A stretch of DNA of 64,000 nucleotides from an uncultured Acidimicrobiia bacterium (lineage in GTDB: Bacteria; Acidobacteriota; Terriglobia; Versatilivoradales; Versatilivoraceae). Below the pieces are notes generated by a model, which saw only the letters and a program-made list of their open reading frames with translations, did no database searches and was not told the origin of the DNA. The stretch lies in the NCBI GenBank assembly GCA_963786955.1, contig CAWBAT010000002.1, forward strand, positions 1-64,000, read 5' to 3'. Position numbers and translations under genes: made by a program. Below, piece by piece: positions 1 through 9,816 of the stretch (position 1 is its first letter; the number at the start of each line of letters is the position of its first letter).

Positions 1-232
1 CGTCGAGCGGGCAACAATAAACAAGGACACCGGAATCCCCTACTCAATCACGTCGAGGAAGCCGACGTCGACTGATAAACTGATCAGAAATTGCTTTTCA
101 GGCGGAACGGGCACACGCCCGTTCAGACCGGCTGAAACAGCGCTTCCATGGAGAAGAGTGTGCCATGGAGTGAGTGACGAAGGCAAGGATGAAGGCAAAC
201 GTCCCCCGTAAGCGGGCTGGGTCTGCCCGCAG

Positions 233-520
233 GGGACGTGATCGAGTTGATCCGGTATTTGGAGGCCGAGCATTGGAGTAGGTGCTGGCGGCCCCGTTGA
301 ATCAGGTCTTCGAGCGGGCGATCTATCTGATTACCGACTGGCAAAAGGTGGATGAGGAGATTGAAGTGGCAGAATTCAAGTTCCAGCATCAGGATGCCAA
401 ATGGGAGCGATCGCGTCGCTTTGTTTTACAACCTGATCACGTTCTTCCGCCAACAGGTGCTCCCGCAGTGGGAGTCCCGCCACACCTTGCAGACCTTGCG
501 GCTGAAGTACTTTGCTATTG
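233..520 (+). mobile_element. IS1380-like transposase remnant (internally deleted, frameshifted)
   Basis: A mid-transposase segment (VLAAPLNQVFERAIYLITDWQKVDEEIEVAEFKFQHQDAKWERSRRFV) is joined in another frame to a C-terminal-type segment (LFYNLITFFRQQVLPQWESRHTLQTLRLKYFAI). No start codon and no intact ORF. Confidence 0.7.
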
Positions 521-535
521 CTGCCGCAGCCCTGC

Positions 536-3088
536 TCAGTATCTGCCGCGCTGCAGTTTTGGCCAGCGATTAAATACCTTTTCCAGAGGCACGGGATTCA
601 TGTAGGGCTTTCCATGGTGGAAATCATTGACGTTCTGGATGAATTTCTCGATGATTTCGGTTCCATCAATCATATACACGTTGTATTTGTAGAGGACGCC
701 GAGGTCCGAGGGATCGTCCATGATCTCTGCGAATTTGCTGGCTGTGGCGATGGACATGCGACGGGCTTCGCGGAACATCTCCATGCTGTGGTCCAGGCGT
801 TGCATGAATTCATCCTGATTGCCCGCCGCTCGCGCCCGAAAGGCCGCATCGAATTCCAAGTAGGCTTTGTTGAGCTGGACCAGCGTGTTTAGATGCATCG
901 CGTAAGCGTCAGTTTTGTTTCGAAGATACGCCAGCTCGCTGCGAGCGCCCATCGCCACGCTGCTCGCCGCTTGATCGAAATGCACGAGCGCCTGCCGCAG
1001 CAGTTCGGCAGAATGGGCGTAATACACCGATTCATTCCGGGCGTGATCCAGAAAGCCAGCCCAGCCTGCAAAGGTTGGGCCATCGTAGATATTTGCCTGT
1101 TCTGAGTAAGCCTCAAGGATGGCGATCTCCGCAGGAGCGCTGCAGCATGGAAAATTGGACCGACTCGTCCAGCCGAGGTATTCCTCGTTCTCTTCGAGAA
1201 TCTGGTAAGCCTTCAACGCTTCCGGTGCGGCAGCCTCACCGAAGATTCTCCGCACGTAATCCTGGTAGAACTCGCCAGGTTTCATGTGGGGTTTCCAGGC
1301 GCCGTCGGCCATAAACTTCTCGTTTTGTTCCATGCCGCGCGCCCGGTTTACCTGCATCGCGTGTCCCGTCACGCCATTCTCCAGAGCACCTTCGAAGGTG
1401 CGATCCTTGTAGAACATGTTCACGTTGAACTGCATGCCGAACATGCCGCTATCGTCGTCGGAGCGCGTAATCAGTGTCCGCTCGCGGTTACCCATGCCTC
1501 CGTAGTCTTGCATGGGAACTCCCGTCGGAGTCCAAAAGCCCCGGGAGACCATGTCTGAGAAGGGGACATTCTTGGGCATTGCCTTGTCGAGCGAGGGAAA
1601 GAAGAAACCGCGCCCGAACGCGCCGATGCCGACCTTGGCTTTCGGATTGATACGGTCGCGCACCGTCATCGCCTGGCGCATCAGTTCCAGCGTGCCGTTG
1701 TTGGAATCCACCACGCGGTCGCCGCCTCGTTCGTAGCCCGTGTACGCTTTCCAGCGCTGCAGCTGGTCCACGAGATACTTGGGACGTTCCTGCAAATAGA
1801 AAGCGCGGCTCTTATCATCCTCACAAACCGGATAAAATTCTGGGAACCACAGGAAGTAGCCCTCCGCCTCCGGGTAGGTCGTGAAAAGACTCTTCATCCG
1901 GCTTTCATTGATCGCGAGTATGACGGGGTCGGTAGGACACATGTAAACCCCGCCCAGGACATCTTGAAATGGGAGGTCGCCGGTGCGATTGGGCGTATAG
2001 CGTGCCAGGTTCGCCGGCACGCTCACCGGATCAAACGCAACCCAGGTATTGATCTTCCGCGTTTTCGCATAAGCGATGACAGCCCGCAAAAGGTCCTGTG
2101 CCTTCTGTTTCGCCTGCTCGGGTGTTTCTATGTCCTGCATTTCGGGAGGCGCGATCCGCGGATACTTGTAATGCTCCTTGCCCACCGTCATGTCCTTAAC
2201 CAGAGACGAGCCTTGATGGCGGCGCCAGAGCATGTATCCGCTCTCCTTGGCCGTCACGTCACCCAGGAAATTCGTCTCGCCCTTGTAGTCGAAAGTCAGG
2301 AAAGGAATGTCGGGGAGCCACCATATTTGCAGGTAATTCAGCCGCATTTTGGCCATCTGGTCGATGATCTTTCGCCAATCGTCCAGGGACCACAGCGTCT
2401 GGCTTGGGTAGCCATAGCCAATAAACACGCCGCGCCGTTGGAATGCCGGCTCCACGCGCTCGTTGAGGGAAGGGAGCGCGACGTCAGTTTGTTTCTCGGG
2501 AAGGATATCCTGGGTCAGCACAAAGACAAAACCCAGCCGCTCCAGGAAATCGTAAGCCGCATACATCGTCGCAGGCTCATCATTGCCACCTAAGACCAGC
2601 GCAGGGTGCCCTTCAAAGCTGATGCGGCGCAGGACATAACCATCAGTTTTCAATCCTGCAAAGCTTACCTGTCGGCGTTTTGCGGCTTGACCCACCGACT
2701 CGTTGTTCGTCGAGCTGCCGATCAGCAGAAGGCTTTCACCCTTCGGATGACTGCTCACCTCGCGTGACGTGATGATTTCCAGCTTCGCGCCGGACAGGGT
2801 TTGGATGTGTTTCTGCAATTCGCCGGCAACAAACCGATCGAATGAGCCGGCGTTATCACCAATTACGATCAGCGCATGTGGCTGGCTGTTGCTGACGATC
2901 ATTTCCTGACCGCTTGCAGCGGGATAAGCCCGAACTGCTAAATCAAGCAAGCTGATGGCAGTCACCAGGGAGAACAACAGCAAGCCCCGGGACGAATTCT
3001 TGGTTCCTCCCCGTGGCTTTTCGGAATGCTTCTTGAGCAGCGAGAATAGCAGAGAGACTCTGTTGGAAAAGTGCGTCGACATCTTCAC
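536..3088 (-). CDS. Secreted glycoside-hydrolase-like protein (GH20/GH67-type N-terminal domain plus putative TIM barrel), family unassigned
   Basis: 850 aa ORF with a hydrophobic N-terminal segment and motifs FVAGELQKHIQTLSGAKL, DGYVLR, YAAYDFLERLGF, PAFQRRG and WRKIIDQMAKMRLNYLQIW. Confidence 0.65.
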   Translation of the reverse strand: MKMSTHFSNRVSLLFSLLKKHSEKPRGGTKNSSRGLLLFSLVTAISLLDLAVRAYPAASGQEMIVSNSQPHALIVIGDNAGSFDRFVAGELQKHIQTLSGAKLEIITSREVSSHPKGESLLLIGSSTNNESVGQAAKRRQVSFAGLKTDGYVLRRISFEGHPALVLGGNDEPATMYAAYDFLERLGFVFVLTQDILPEKQTDVALPSLNERVEPAFQRRGVFIGYGYPSQTLWSLDDWRKIIDQMAKMRLNYLQIWWLPDIPFLTFDYKGETNFLGDVTAKESGYMLWRRHQGSSLVKDMTVGKEHYKYPRIAPPEMQDIETPEQAKQKAQDLLRAVIAYAKTRKINTWVAFDPVSVPANLARYTPNRTGDLPFQDVLGGVYMCPTDPVILAINESRMKSLFTTYPEAEGYFLWFPEFYPVCEDDKSRAFYLQERPKYLVDQLQRWKAYTGYERGGDRVVDSNNGTLELMRQAMTVRDRINPKAKVGIGAFGRGFFFPSLDKAMPKNVPFSDMVSRGFWTPTGVPMQDYGGMGNRERTLITRSDDDSGMFGMQFNVNMFYKDRTFEGALENGVTGHAMQVNRARGMEQNEKFMADGAWKPHMKPGEFYQDYVRRIFGEAAAPEALKAYQILEENEEYLGWTSRSNFPCCSAPAEIAILEAYSEQANIYDGPTFAGWAGFLDHARNESVYYAHSAELLRQALVHFDQAASSVAMGARSELAYLRNKTDAYAMHLNTLVQLNKAYLEFDAAFRARAAGNQDEFMQRLDHSMEMFREARRMSIATASKFAEIMDDPSDLGVLYKYNVYMIDGTEIIEKFIQNVNDFHHGKPYMNPVPLEKVFNRWPKLQRGRY

Positions 3089-3156
3089 CTCGTAATAGGT
3101 AGTGGATTTTTGCGTTCATGACTGTCCTGTGCGTCTTCAGCACTTCTGAGACGGAT

Positions 3157-3429
3157 CTAGCTTTTTTCCAAGCTATAGTTCAGACCCCGGCTCGCCCCGG
3201 GGTTGATTCGACTCCTGGCCCAGATTGTACTGGAACCGAGCGTCGATGGTGACCTGCTTTTGTTCCTTCCTCCGTTTGAGGATGTTTTGCCGTTGGCCGC
3301 AGTGAACATCGGCCGGCGTGACGTTTCCGATCCCTTCGTGGTAGTGATGGGATGGTAGATGTAAAACTCGATGAACTCCGCCATGGCCGCAAGCAGAGCC
3401 TCCGGGCTATTGAACACCAGCAGATTCAA
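3157..3429 (-). mobile_element. IS3/IS481-type integrase-core transposase C-terminal remnant
   Basis: NLLVFNSPEALLAAMAEFIEFY, then after a frameshift YHEGIGNVTPADVHCGQRQNILKRRKEQKQ, a typical rve-transposase tail. Confidence 0.7.
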
Positions 3430-3643
3430 GAGGGTGGTTCAATTCGCGATTGTCATGACCCAGTAATTTCGCCACTTGATGGAGGTGAGAACGCTCAGTG
3501 TCGGTAACGACACCGTCGGCAAGCGCATGAACAGCAAGGTTGTGAATGAGGGTTTGGTGGGCCGCCTTCACCGGCACTATTGAGAGGCCCCAGTTAGCAA
3601 CTGCATCAACACGGATAATCACTTCTGGGGATTCTGCCACCAC
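3420..3643 (-). pseudogene. Fragment of a TerB-like helical domain gene
   Basis: AHQTLIHNLAVHALADGVVTDTERSHLHQVAKLLG resembles the TerB-like ADG..t..E motif. It is truncated and abuts the transposase remnant. Confidence 0.4.
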
Positions 3644-3730
3644 GCAAACGTCGTGTGGCAGAGGAAGATCAATACCGACCGCATGCCGTCACGCGGCGTC
3701 TTACAGTAGCGAAGACACGGGATGATGGGC

Positions 3731-5584
3731 TTATAACGCAACCTCAAGCAGGGGTGCCGATTTATGCTCTTCCTTAGTTGGAGGAGTATATCCGTCGGGA
3801 AGGTCACCGTTGTCGGCTCGGAAATACTGAAGGTAATGAGGGCGGACACTGGCGATCAATTCTTTTCGTGACTTCGTCTTCAACGGCTTTCCCATGTAAA
3901 TCTTGCCCATCTTGTGCATCCATTTCTCGGGTAGTATCCCGGAAAACAGCAGGAGTGGCCAGGTGAAATCGGGTCCGTTTATTTTTCGAAGTTTATAAAG
4001 CCATAAGCCAATCGATCCCACTCGCCAGGCGGTTGGTCCCCACCAGCTGTACTGACCGGGGCGCAGATTGAATTTCCAACATTTCATCAACAACTGCCAC
4101 TGAAGTTTGGTGAGGTTTCGTGTCTCCGTGACACCTTGTTTTTTCTCCATCCGTGTGTCATGCAGCGGAGTAAAAATTGAAGGAACGAGGAATGCAAACA
4201 GTTTTCGCCGTTCCATTTCGTAGACGAGGTCGAGAGTCGCCTTGATATCATCATCCGTCTCGCCCGGGTTTCCCACCATCAAAGTCATGACCGGGAACCA
4301 GTTGTTTTCGTTATAAACCTTCAATCCCTCCAGGACAATGCTGGGCCAATCGTCAATTGAGAAGGGAACGCCTTTGCTGGGCATAATGGATTTGGCCATC
4401 CGGATCGATCCAGTCTCCAATCCAACAAGCGGTGCCAGGGCCTTTTTTTTCGGATGCGTGCTCAACAAGGGCAGATGGATCGGGCTTTTTTCCATTAATG
4501 TTTCAGACAGCTTCTTAATGAGTAGCGGGTCAACCACAGCCGGCGTCACGGTGCAATGACTGAGAACATGCTGTTCAACTCCGGGAGTATTGACCACTTC
4601 GCTGTACAGGTCGAGCAACGCTTCACGGTTGGGAAAAAAGAATGGAGTTTCGGTCTGAACCTGTCCCCAGATGAACATATCCTCGGTGGCCAGGGAGATC
4701 TGTTTGTTTCCCTGTTCCACATTGACATGGACAGTGGCCATGATTTTCTCTTTTGGAAAATCGATTTGGGGGTTGAGGTCCGGCACGCAAAACTGGCAGC
4801 GACGGCCGCAACCGGTAGTCATTTCGACCACTCCGAACGTGGTTCGTGACTGCGCGATAAGCAGATCCTCCCGGCGCGTGGGGTGGATCACTTCGACATC
4901 GCGTGGCAGTTCCTCTCCGCGGATCGCTTTATGGAAAAGCGCCAAAGTGTCCGCCGATTCGCTGCGCCCTTCCACGACACAATCCACGCTCAGTTCATCA
5001 TAGGAGTCGGTGTCTTTAATCTGCCATCCTCCAGATCCCCCCACGATAACTTTGAAGTTGCTGCGGTGCGGATTTTCTTTGATTGTTTTGAATAGCTGCC
5101 GGGCGTAATGAGAATTGATGGGCATTTTAGAGGAGCCAAAAATCGATGTATAGACTCCTGCCGCAAAGGTGACGCCCAGGGGATTGTGGGTTGAGAGCGC
5201 CACGACTCGCGTCTTCGGGCCAACAAACTTCGGAAGGTCGTCTGGGAAACAGGCAACGACATCCTCGCGACGAAATTCTCTCAATAGAGAACTTTCCAGC
5301 AGTCGGACACCTGCCGGCATGTAGCGAGCCGAGCCATCGTCGTTATACTCAAGGTTGCGCCATGTCGGATACTTGTTGTTGATCACCCACTCCAACCAGA
5401 TCGGTAGGGAAGCCAGGGCCATCTGGATAAAATAGCCCGCATGATCAATGATTTCCGTTAAAGGAGCACTCAGAACAATCAATCTGCCCCCATCGGGAGG
5501 AGGCGTATATGCGGCTATCGATCCTCCGCTGGCAACATCGCCTTGACGCAAATGGCCATTCCCATTGACTCCACTTCTGGTCAT
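3731..5584 (-). CDS. B12-binding-like radical SAM protein, GDGT ring synthase (Grs)-like family
   Basis: CxxxCxxC motif (GCGRRCQFC), plus KVIVGGSGGWQ, VGLETGS and TLMVGNPGETDDD. RBS GAGGAG upstream. Confidence 0.8.
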   Translation of the reverse strand: MTRSGVNGNGHLRQGDVASGGSIAAYTPPPDGGRLIVLSAPLTEIIDHAGYFIQMALASLPIWLEWVINNKYPTWRNLEYNDDGSARYMPAGVRLLESSLLREFRREDVVACFPDDLPKFVGPKTRVVALSTHNPLGVTFAAGVYTSIFGSSKMPINSHYARQLFKTIKENPHRSNFKVIVGGSGGWQIKDTDSYDELSVDCVVEGRSESADTLALFHKAIRGEELPRDVEVIHPTRREDLLIAQSRTTFGVVEMTTGCGRRCQFCVPDLNPQIDFPKEKIMATVHVNVEQGNKQISLATEDMFIWGQVQTETPFFFPNREALLDLYSEVVNTPGVEQHVLSHCTVTPAVVDPLLIKKLSETLMEKSPIHLPLLSTHPKKKALAPLVGLETGSIRMAKSIMPSKGVPFSIDDWPSIVLEGLKVYNENNWFPVMTLMVGNPGETDDDIKATLDLVYEMERRKLFAFLVPSIFTPLHDTRMEKKQGVTETRNLTKLQWQLLMKCWKFNLRPGQYSWWGPTAWRVGSIGLWLYKLRKINGPDFTWPLLLFSGILPEKWMHKMGKIYMGKPLKTKSRKELIASVRPHYLQYFRADNGDLPDGYTPPTKEEHKSAPLLEVAL

Positions 5585-5732
5585 ACGTTCTCCTCAACTG
5601 TCAGTTTGGGGACCTATCGTTGCAAACAGGCTTATTCTAAAGTGGTTTGCTTCCATGTGCAATTTAAAAAAAGAAGGAGGTTGCGAAAGAGCAAGGCATG
5701 AAGAGCTCAGACAGCCCTCTCTAAAACCGAAG

Positions 5733-7544
5733 TTAGTCCTTTTCCATTGGGATTTTCTTCATCCCGGGCCTCTTCCGAAGCCGGATCGAAGTGGGAGTGA
5801 TCTCAACCAGCTCATCCTCTCTAATAAATTCTAAAGCCTTCTCCAGCCCCATTTCTCGATAAGGGATCAATCGGATGGCTTCATCCGAGGTCGAGGCTCG
5901 CATATTGGTGAGCTTTTTTTCTTTGGTCACATTCACAAAAAGGTCGGTTGAGCGCGAGTTTTCACCACAGATCATTCCTTGATAAATATCGTCGCCGGGC
6001 CGTACGAAGAGTTCCCCGCGGTCTTGCAGGTTATTGAGCGCAAAGCCTGTTGCTCTGCCGGCACGATCTGCGACGAGAGCTCCCGTTAAACGCGAAGGAA
6101 TGGAGCCCTGCCAGTCATCATAACCATCAAAGAGGTGGTTCATGATCCCGGCGCCCTTGGTATCGGTGAGGAACTCGGTCCGAAATCCAATCAGACCCCT
6201 GGCGGGCAGCCGGAACTCCAGGCGCACACGGCCACTGCCATGATTAATCATTTTCTGCATCTTGCCCCTACGGGTGCCGATCTTCTGAGTGACGACTCCG
6301 ATAAATTCCTCAGGGCAATCGACCAGGAGCATCTCCATCGGCTCCATGGTTTTCCCATCAAGAGTCTTGGTGACGATCTCAGGCTTGGAGACTTCAATTT
6401 CATAACCTTCCCGTCGCATCATCTCCAAGAGGATAGCCATCTGCAATTCACCTCGACCGATCACACGGAAGGCATCATTTCCGGGCGATGGCTCGACTCG
6501 TATGCTGACGTTTTTGAGCAGTTCCTTCTCAAGTCTTTCTTTCAAATGCCGTGAAGTGACGAAGCGGCCTTCTTTGCCTGAAAAAGGGGACATATTGGGG
6601 GAAAATACCATTGCCAGCGCGGGCTCATCGATTTTCAAGGTGGGCAGTGGATGAGGGTTCTCAGCGTCGGCGATCGTCTCACCAATCGTGACGGTGTCAT
6701 TGCCGGCAAGGGCGACAATGTCCCCGGCGGAAGCTTCCGATATTTCCACTCGTTTCAGTCCGTCAAAGACATAAAGCAGTGTAACTTTAAAGCGGTCACG
6801 GACTTCGCCAGAGCTGCAAACGGATACCGTTTCACCTTGTTTGATGGATCCGCTGGTGATGCGACCGATCGTCAGACGTCCTACGTAGTCACTGTAATCA
6901 ATATTAGTTACTAGTAATTGCAAATTTTGCTGGGGATTGAACTGAGGGGGCGGAATTTGTTCGAGAATGGCTTCAAAGAGAGGACGCAGATCTCTGGATT
7001 CATCCTCAAGATGTCGCTTGGCTAATCCAAGTTTTGCATTGGTGAAAATGATGGGGAAATCGATCTGGTCTTCACGAGCATCCAGGTCAATGAACAGATC
7101 ATAGACTTCATTGATCACTTCCGAGATACGGGCGTCCGGGCGGTCAATCTTATTGATCACGACAATTGCCGGGAGATCCTGCTCGAGCGCCTTCCTGAGT
7201 ACAAATCGGGTCTGTGGCAACGGTCCCTCGGAAGCATCGACCAGCAACATTACGCCGTCCACCATCTTGAGGGTCCGTTCGACTTCTCCGCCAAAATCAG
7301 CATGTCCCGGCGTATCGACAATATTGAGCTTGATCTCATGGTAATGAACCGCGGTGTTCTTCGCCATAATGGTGATGCCTTTTTCCCGCTCCAAGTCATT
7401 ACTGTCAAGGATACGCTCCTGCACTTTTTGATGCTCCCGGAAAATACCGCTTTGCCAAAGCATGGCATCTACCAAAGTGGTTTTGCCATGATCGACATGG
7501 GCAATAATCGCAAGATTCCGAATATCATTTCTTACTTGAAGCAT
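5733..7544 (-). CDS. typA: Translational GTPase TypA/BipA
   Basis: [48 protein letters not shown] and [12 protein letters not shown] at 7544 has an AAGGA RBS. Confidence 0.97.
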   Translation of the reverse strand: MLQVRNDIRNLAIIAHVDHGKTTLVDAMLWQSGIFREHQKVQERILDSNDLEREKGITIMAKNTAVHYHEIKLNIVDTPGHADFGGEVERTLKMVDGVMLLVDASEGPLPQTRFVLRKALEQDLPAIVVINKIDRPDARISEVINEVYDLFIDLDAREDQIDFPIIFTNAKLGLAKRHLEDESRDLRPLFEAILEQIPPPQFNPQQNLQLLVTNIDYSDYVGRLTIGRITSGSIKQGETVSVCSSGEVRDRFKVTLLYVFDGLKRVEISEASAGDIVALAGNDTVTIGETIADAENPHPLPTLKIDEPALAMVFSPNMSPFSGKEGRFVTSRHLKERLEKELLKNVSIRVEPSPGNDAFRVIGRGELQMAILLEMMRREGYEIEVSKPEIVTKTLDGKTMEPMEMLLVDCPEEFIGVVTQKIGTRRGKMQKMINHGSGRVRLEFRLPARGLIGFRTEFLTDTKGAGIMNHLFDGYDDWQGSIPSRLTGALVADRAGRATGFALNNLQDRGELFVRPGDDIYQGMICGENSRSTDLFVNVTKEKKLTNMRASTSDEAIRLIPYREMGLEKALEFIREDELVEITPTSIRLRKRPGMKKIPMEKD

Positions 7545-7707
7545 GGTTTCCTTTACGTTGTAGTGATCTACCTCTTGTTGCAAAACGCTCTATCTTATGG
7601 CACTCCGTGAAAGGCTACAACCACAAAAAGAAAATGAGGGGATACTTTCACCGGGTGGTGTCGTTTTCTACTTGTGAAAAGCATGCGCTTGGCAAATTTG
7701 AATGAAG

Positions 7708-8205
7708 TTATGAGGAATGATCTGGAGTATCCATGGTGGGGCTCGTGCTGCGGTTTTCCGCAAGGATGGCGAGCAGTTGCAGTTCCTGGTTATAGATGCT
7801 CCGGAGCGTCCGGGCCGTAAAAAACCGCTCCAGTGGCCCGAAGATCCCACCCCGAGCAGAGAACCGAGTGGCAATCGTTACTTTTGTAAGTTGGCTTCCT
7901 TCGAGCGGAGAAATTGTGAAGGTCGTTTCAGTCCCGGATGACGAGTCTGTTTCTGCTAGAACGCGGCCTGGTTCGGGCTCAGTGATTGCTACCCGGAAAG
8001 TTCTTGTCAACCCGAATACATGCATCTTGAAACGGATAATCGTTCCCGCCCCAGTCCCACCTTGCTCGACTTCCAGTGCTGAAAAGTATCCCTTTGGCAA
8101 AATCTGAGGGTGCCCCTTTCGGTAGTCTGCTACGATTTCATAGACCAGTTGGGCTGGAGCGAGAACAAAAGCTTCTGCTTCCACCTGGAACTTTTTCATC
8201 GACAT
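7708..8205 (-). CDS. SRPBCC/polyketide cyclase family protein
   Basis: APAQLVYEIVADY..HPQILP, GGTGAGT and ITEPEPGRVLAET. Confidence 0.8.
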   Translation of the reverse strand: MSMKKFQVEAEAFVLAPAQLVYEIVADYRKGHPQILPKGYFSALEVEQGGTGAGTIIRFKMHVFGLTRTFRVAITEPEPGRVLAETDSSSGTETTFTISPLEGSQLTKVTIATRFSARGGIFGPLERFFTARTLRSIYNQELQLLAILAENRSTSPTMDTPDHSS

Positions 8206-8323
8206 TTTCCTCGATTGGGGAAATCCCCGCAAAGCTTCACGAGGGGATTCTGGGTATGGGCCGCAGTTCTTTTTGGTGCGTGAAATGGAAGAGGGTTTTT
8301 ACGTTTACCCGGCCAGATATACA

Positions 8324-9337
8324 TCACTTAATCCCAATGACCATAGAATCTGGCCCAACTAAGTGTTCGACGCGAGTCTCCTTAAATCCAACTTCATACA
8401 GCCATCCCGAGCAATCCGCACCTGTATAGTCAAAGCCTTCTGTCGTTTCGATGAGCATATTCAGACTCATGAGAAGACCAAAGGCATTCTTTGAGCGATC
8501 ATCGTCAATGATTGACTCGTAAATAATGACCGCTCCTCCATTCGGGATTGCTTCATACGCTTTTCGAAGAAGTAGCTTTTTTTCGCCCAAGTTCCAATCA
8601 TGGAGGATATGCCCCATCATGACCACGTCGGCGGGCGGCAGGGAATCATTGAAAAAGTCACCCCCAACAAAGTGCAATCGATCTGAAAGCCCATGCTGCA
8701 AAGCATGTTCCTCGAAAATGGGTTCGACCTCAGGAAGATCGAATCCAATTCCAGAGAGATGAGAGTTGGCCAAAGCAACTTGAGTTGCCAAATCGCCCTG
8801 GGCCGTCCCCACGTCAATGAAGAGATCGTAATGTTTCCAAGGAAATTGTCGGGCTATGGCAAGGTTGGCGCCGTGACTGATTCCCGTCATTGCTGTTAAG
8901 AATTCTTTGAGTCGTGCGGGGTCGGCATAAAGTGTTTGAAAGAATGGATCGCCCCCCATCTTCACTTCATTCTGTGGCTTGCCGGTACGCAAGGCCTCCG
9001 TTAAATGGTTCCAGAAACCATAAAGGCGATGATTGGCCATCTCGAGCATCCCGCCGATGTAAGAAGGTTTTCGCTTATCCAGGTACAGCGCTGTTTCAGG
9101 CGTGTTTTGGTACTTGTCATCAACTTTTTGAAGAAAGCCCAACGCCACTAATGCGTCCAGGAAATCACGTGCCGAACGTGGATGGAGGCCCAGCCGTCCC
9201 TGGAGAGTTTTGAAGTCCTCTGGATGTTTGGCGAGCTCTGTGAAAACCTCCATCTCGACTGCGCTTAAAAGCGTTTTGGAAGCCCAAAATCCAAGGCCGA
9301 CCTGCATGATCTTTTCCGGGCTTGAATCATTACTCAT
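8324..9337 (-). CDS. SAM-dependent O-methyltransferase (dimerisation domain plus Methyltransf_2)
   Basis: [32 protein letters not shown] and SLNMLIET. Confidence 0.9.
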   Translation of the reverse strand: MSNDSSPEKIMQVGLGFWASKTLLSAVEMEVFTELAKHPEDFKTLQGRLGLHPRSARDFLDALVALGFLQKVDDKYQNTPETALYLDKRKPSYIGGMLEMANHRLYGFWNHLTEALRTGKPQNEVKMGGDPFFQTLYADPARLKEFLTAMTGISHGANLAIARQFPWKHYDLFIDVGTAQGDLATQVALANSHLSGIGFDLPEVEPIFEEHALQHGLSDRLHFVGGDFFNDSLPPADVVMMGHILHDWNLGEKKLLLRKAYEAIPNGGAVIIYESIIDDDRSKNAFGLLMSLNMLIETTEGFDYTGADCSGWLYEVGFKETRVEHLVGPDSMVIGIK

Positions 9338-9375
9338 CAAGTTCTTTCTCCTCTTCTAGTCCAAAAGTAACGCCT

Positions 9376-9681
9376 TTACCGAAAAACCCGGAATAATAGC
9401 CAAGTGAGGTATAAGATTAAAACAAACATGGCGGCAATTGCGAAGGGAACGAATCGTTGAATTCTGTTTACCAGGCGAGCACTCTTGTCCTGAATTGCTT
9501 CAGCTCGCTCTTGGATTTTCGCCGTTTTTTCGTGCTGATTCAGAAATATTTGATACTGCTCTCTTTGTAAAGCCAGAGATTCCGCCTGGCGCTCAAGCTG
9601 TGCTTTTTGATTATCCCGTATCTCTTCAAGGAGTCGAGCCATCTGTTCCAATTTGTCCGTATCGTTCATGCGCATCCTCAT
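9376..9681 (-). CDS. Small coiled-coil protein with C-terminal membrane anchor
   Basis: 101 aa, Q/E-rich helical body followed by one hydrophobic helix. Lies in line with the minus-strand cluster. Confidence 0.6.
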   Translation of the reverse strand: MRMRMNDTDKLEQMARLLEEIRDNQKAQLERQAESLALQREQYQIFLNQHEKTAKIQERAEAIQDKSARLVNRIQRFVPFAIAAMFVLILYLTWLLFRVFR

Positions 9682-9816
9682 GGTGATTCATACAACGCCA
9701 TGCCTTGTAAAGGTCCGTTGGAATTAAGAGCGATCGACGAAACCCGGATGACCGGGATCGGTCCAGGGCTCCTGGAGTTCCTGGCAATCTCAATGCGGGC
9801 GTAAATCGCTGACGGG

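Noticed and set aside
198-240. GC-rich hairpin after GGCAAAC, suggesting a c-di-GMP riboswitch
   Set aside because: No GNRA-capped stem with receptor or second stem in the expected arrangement, and it abuts an IS remnant.
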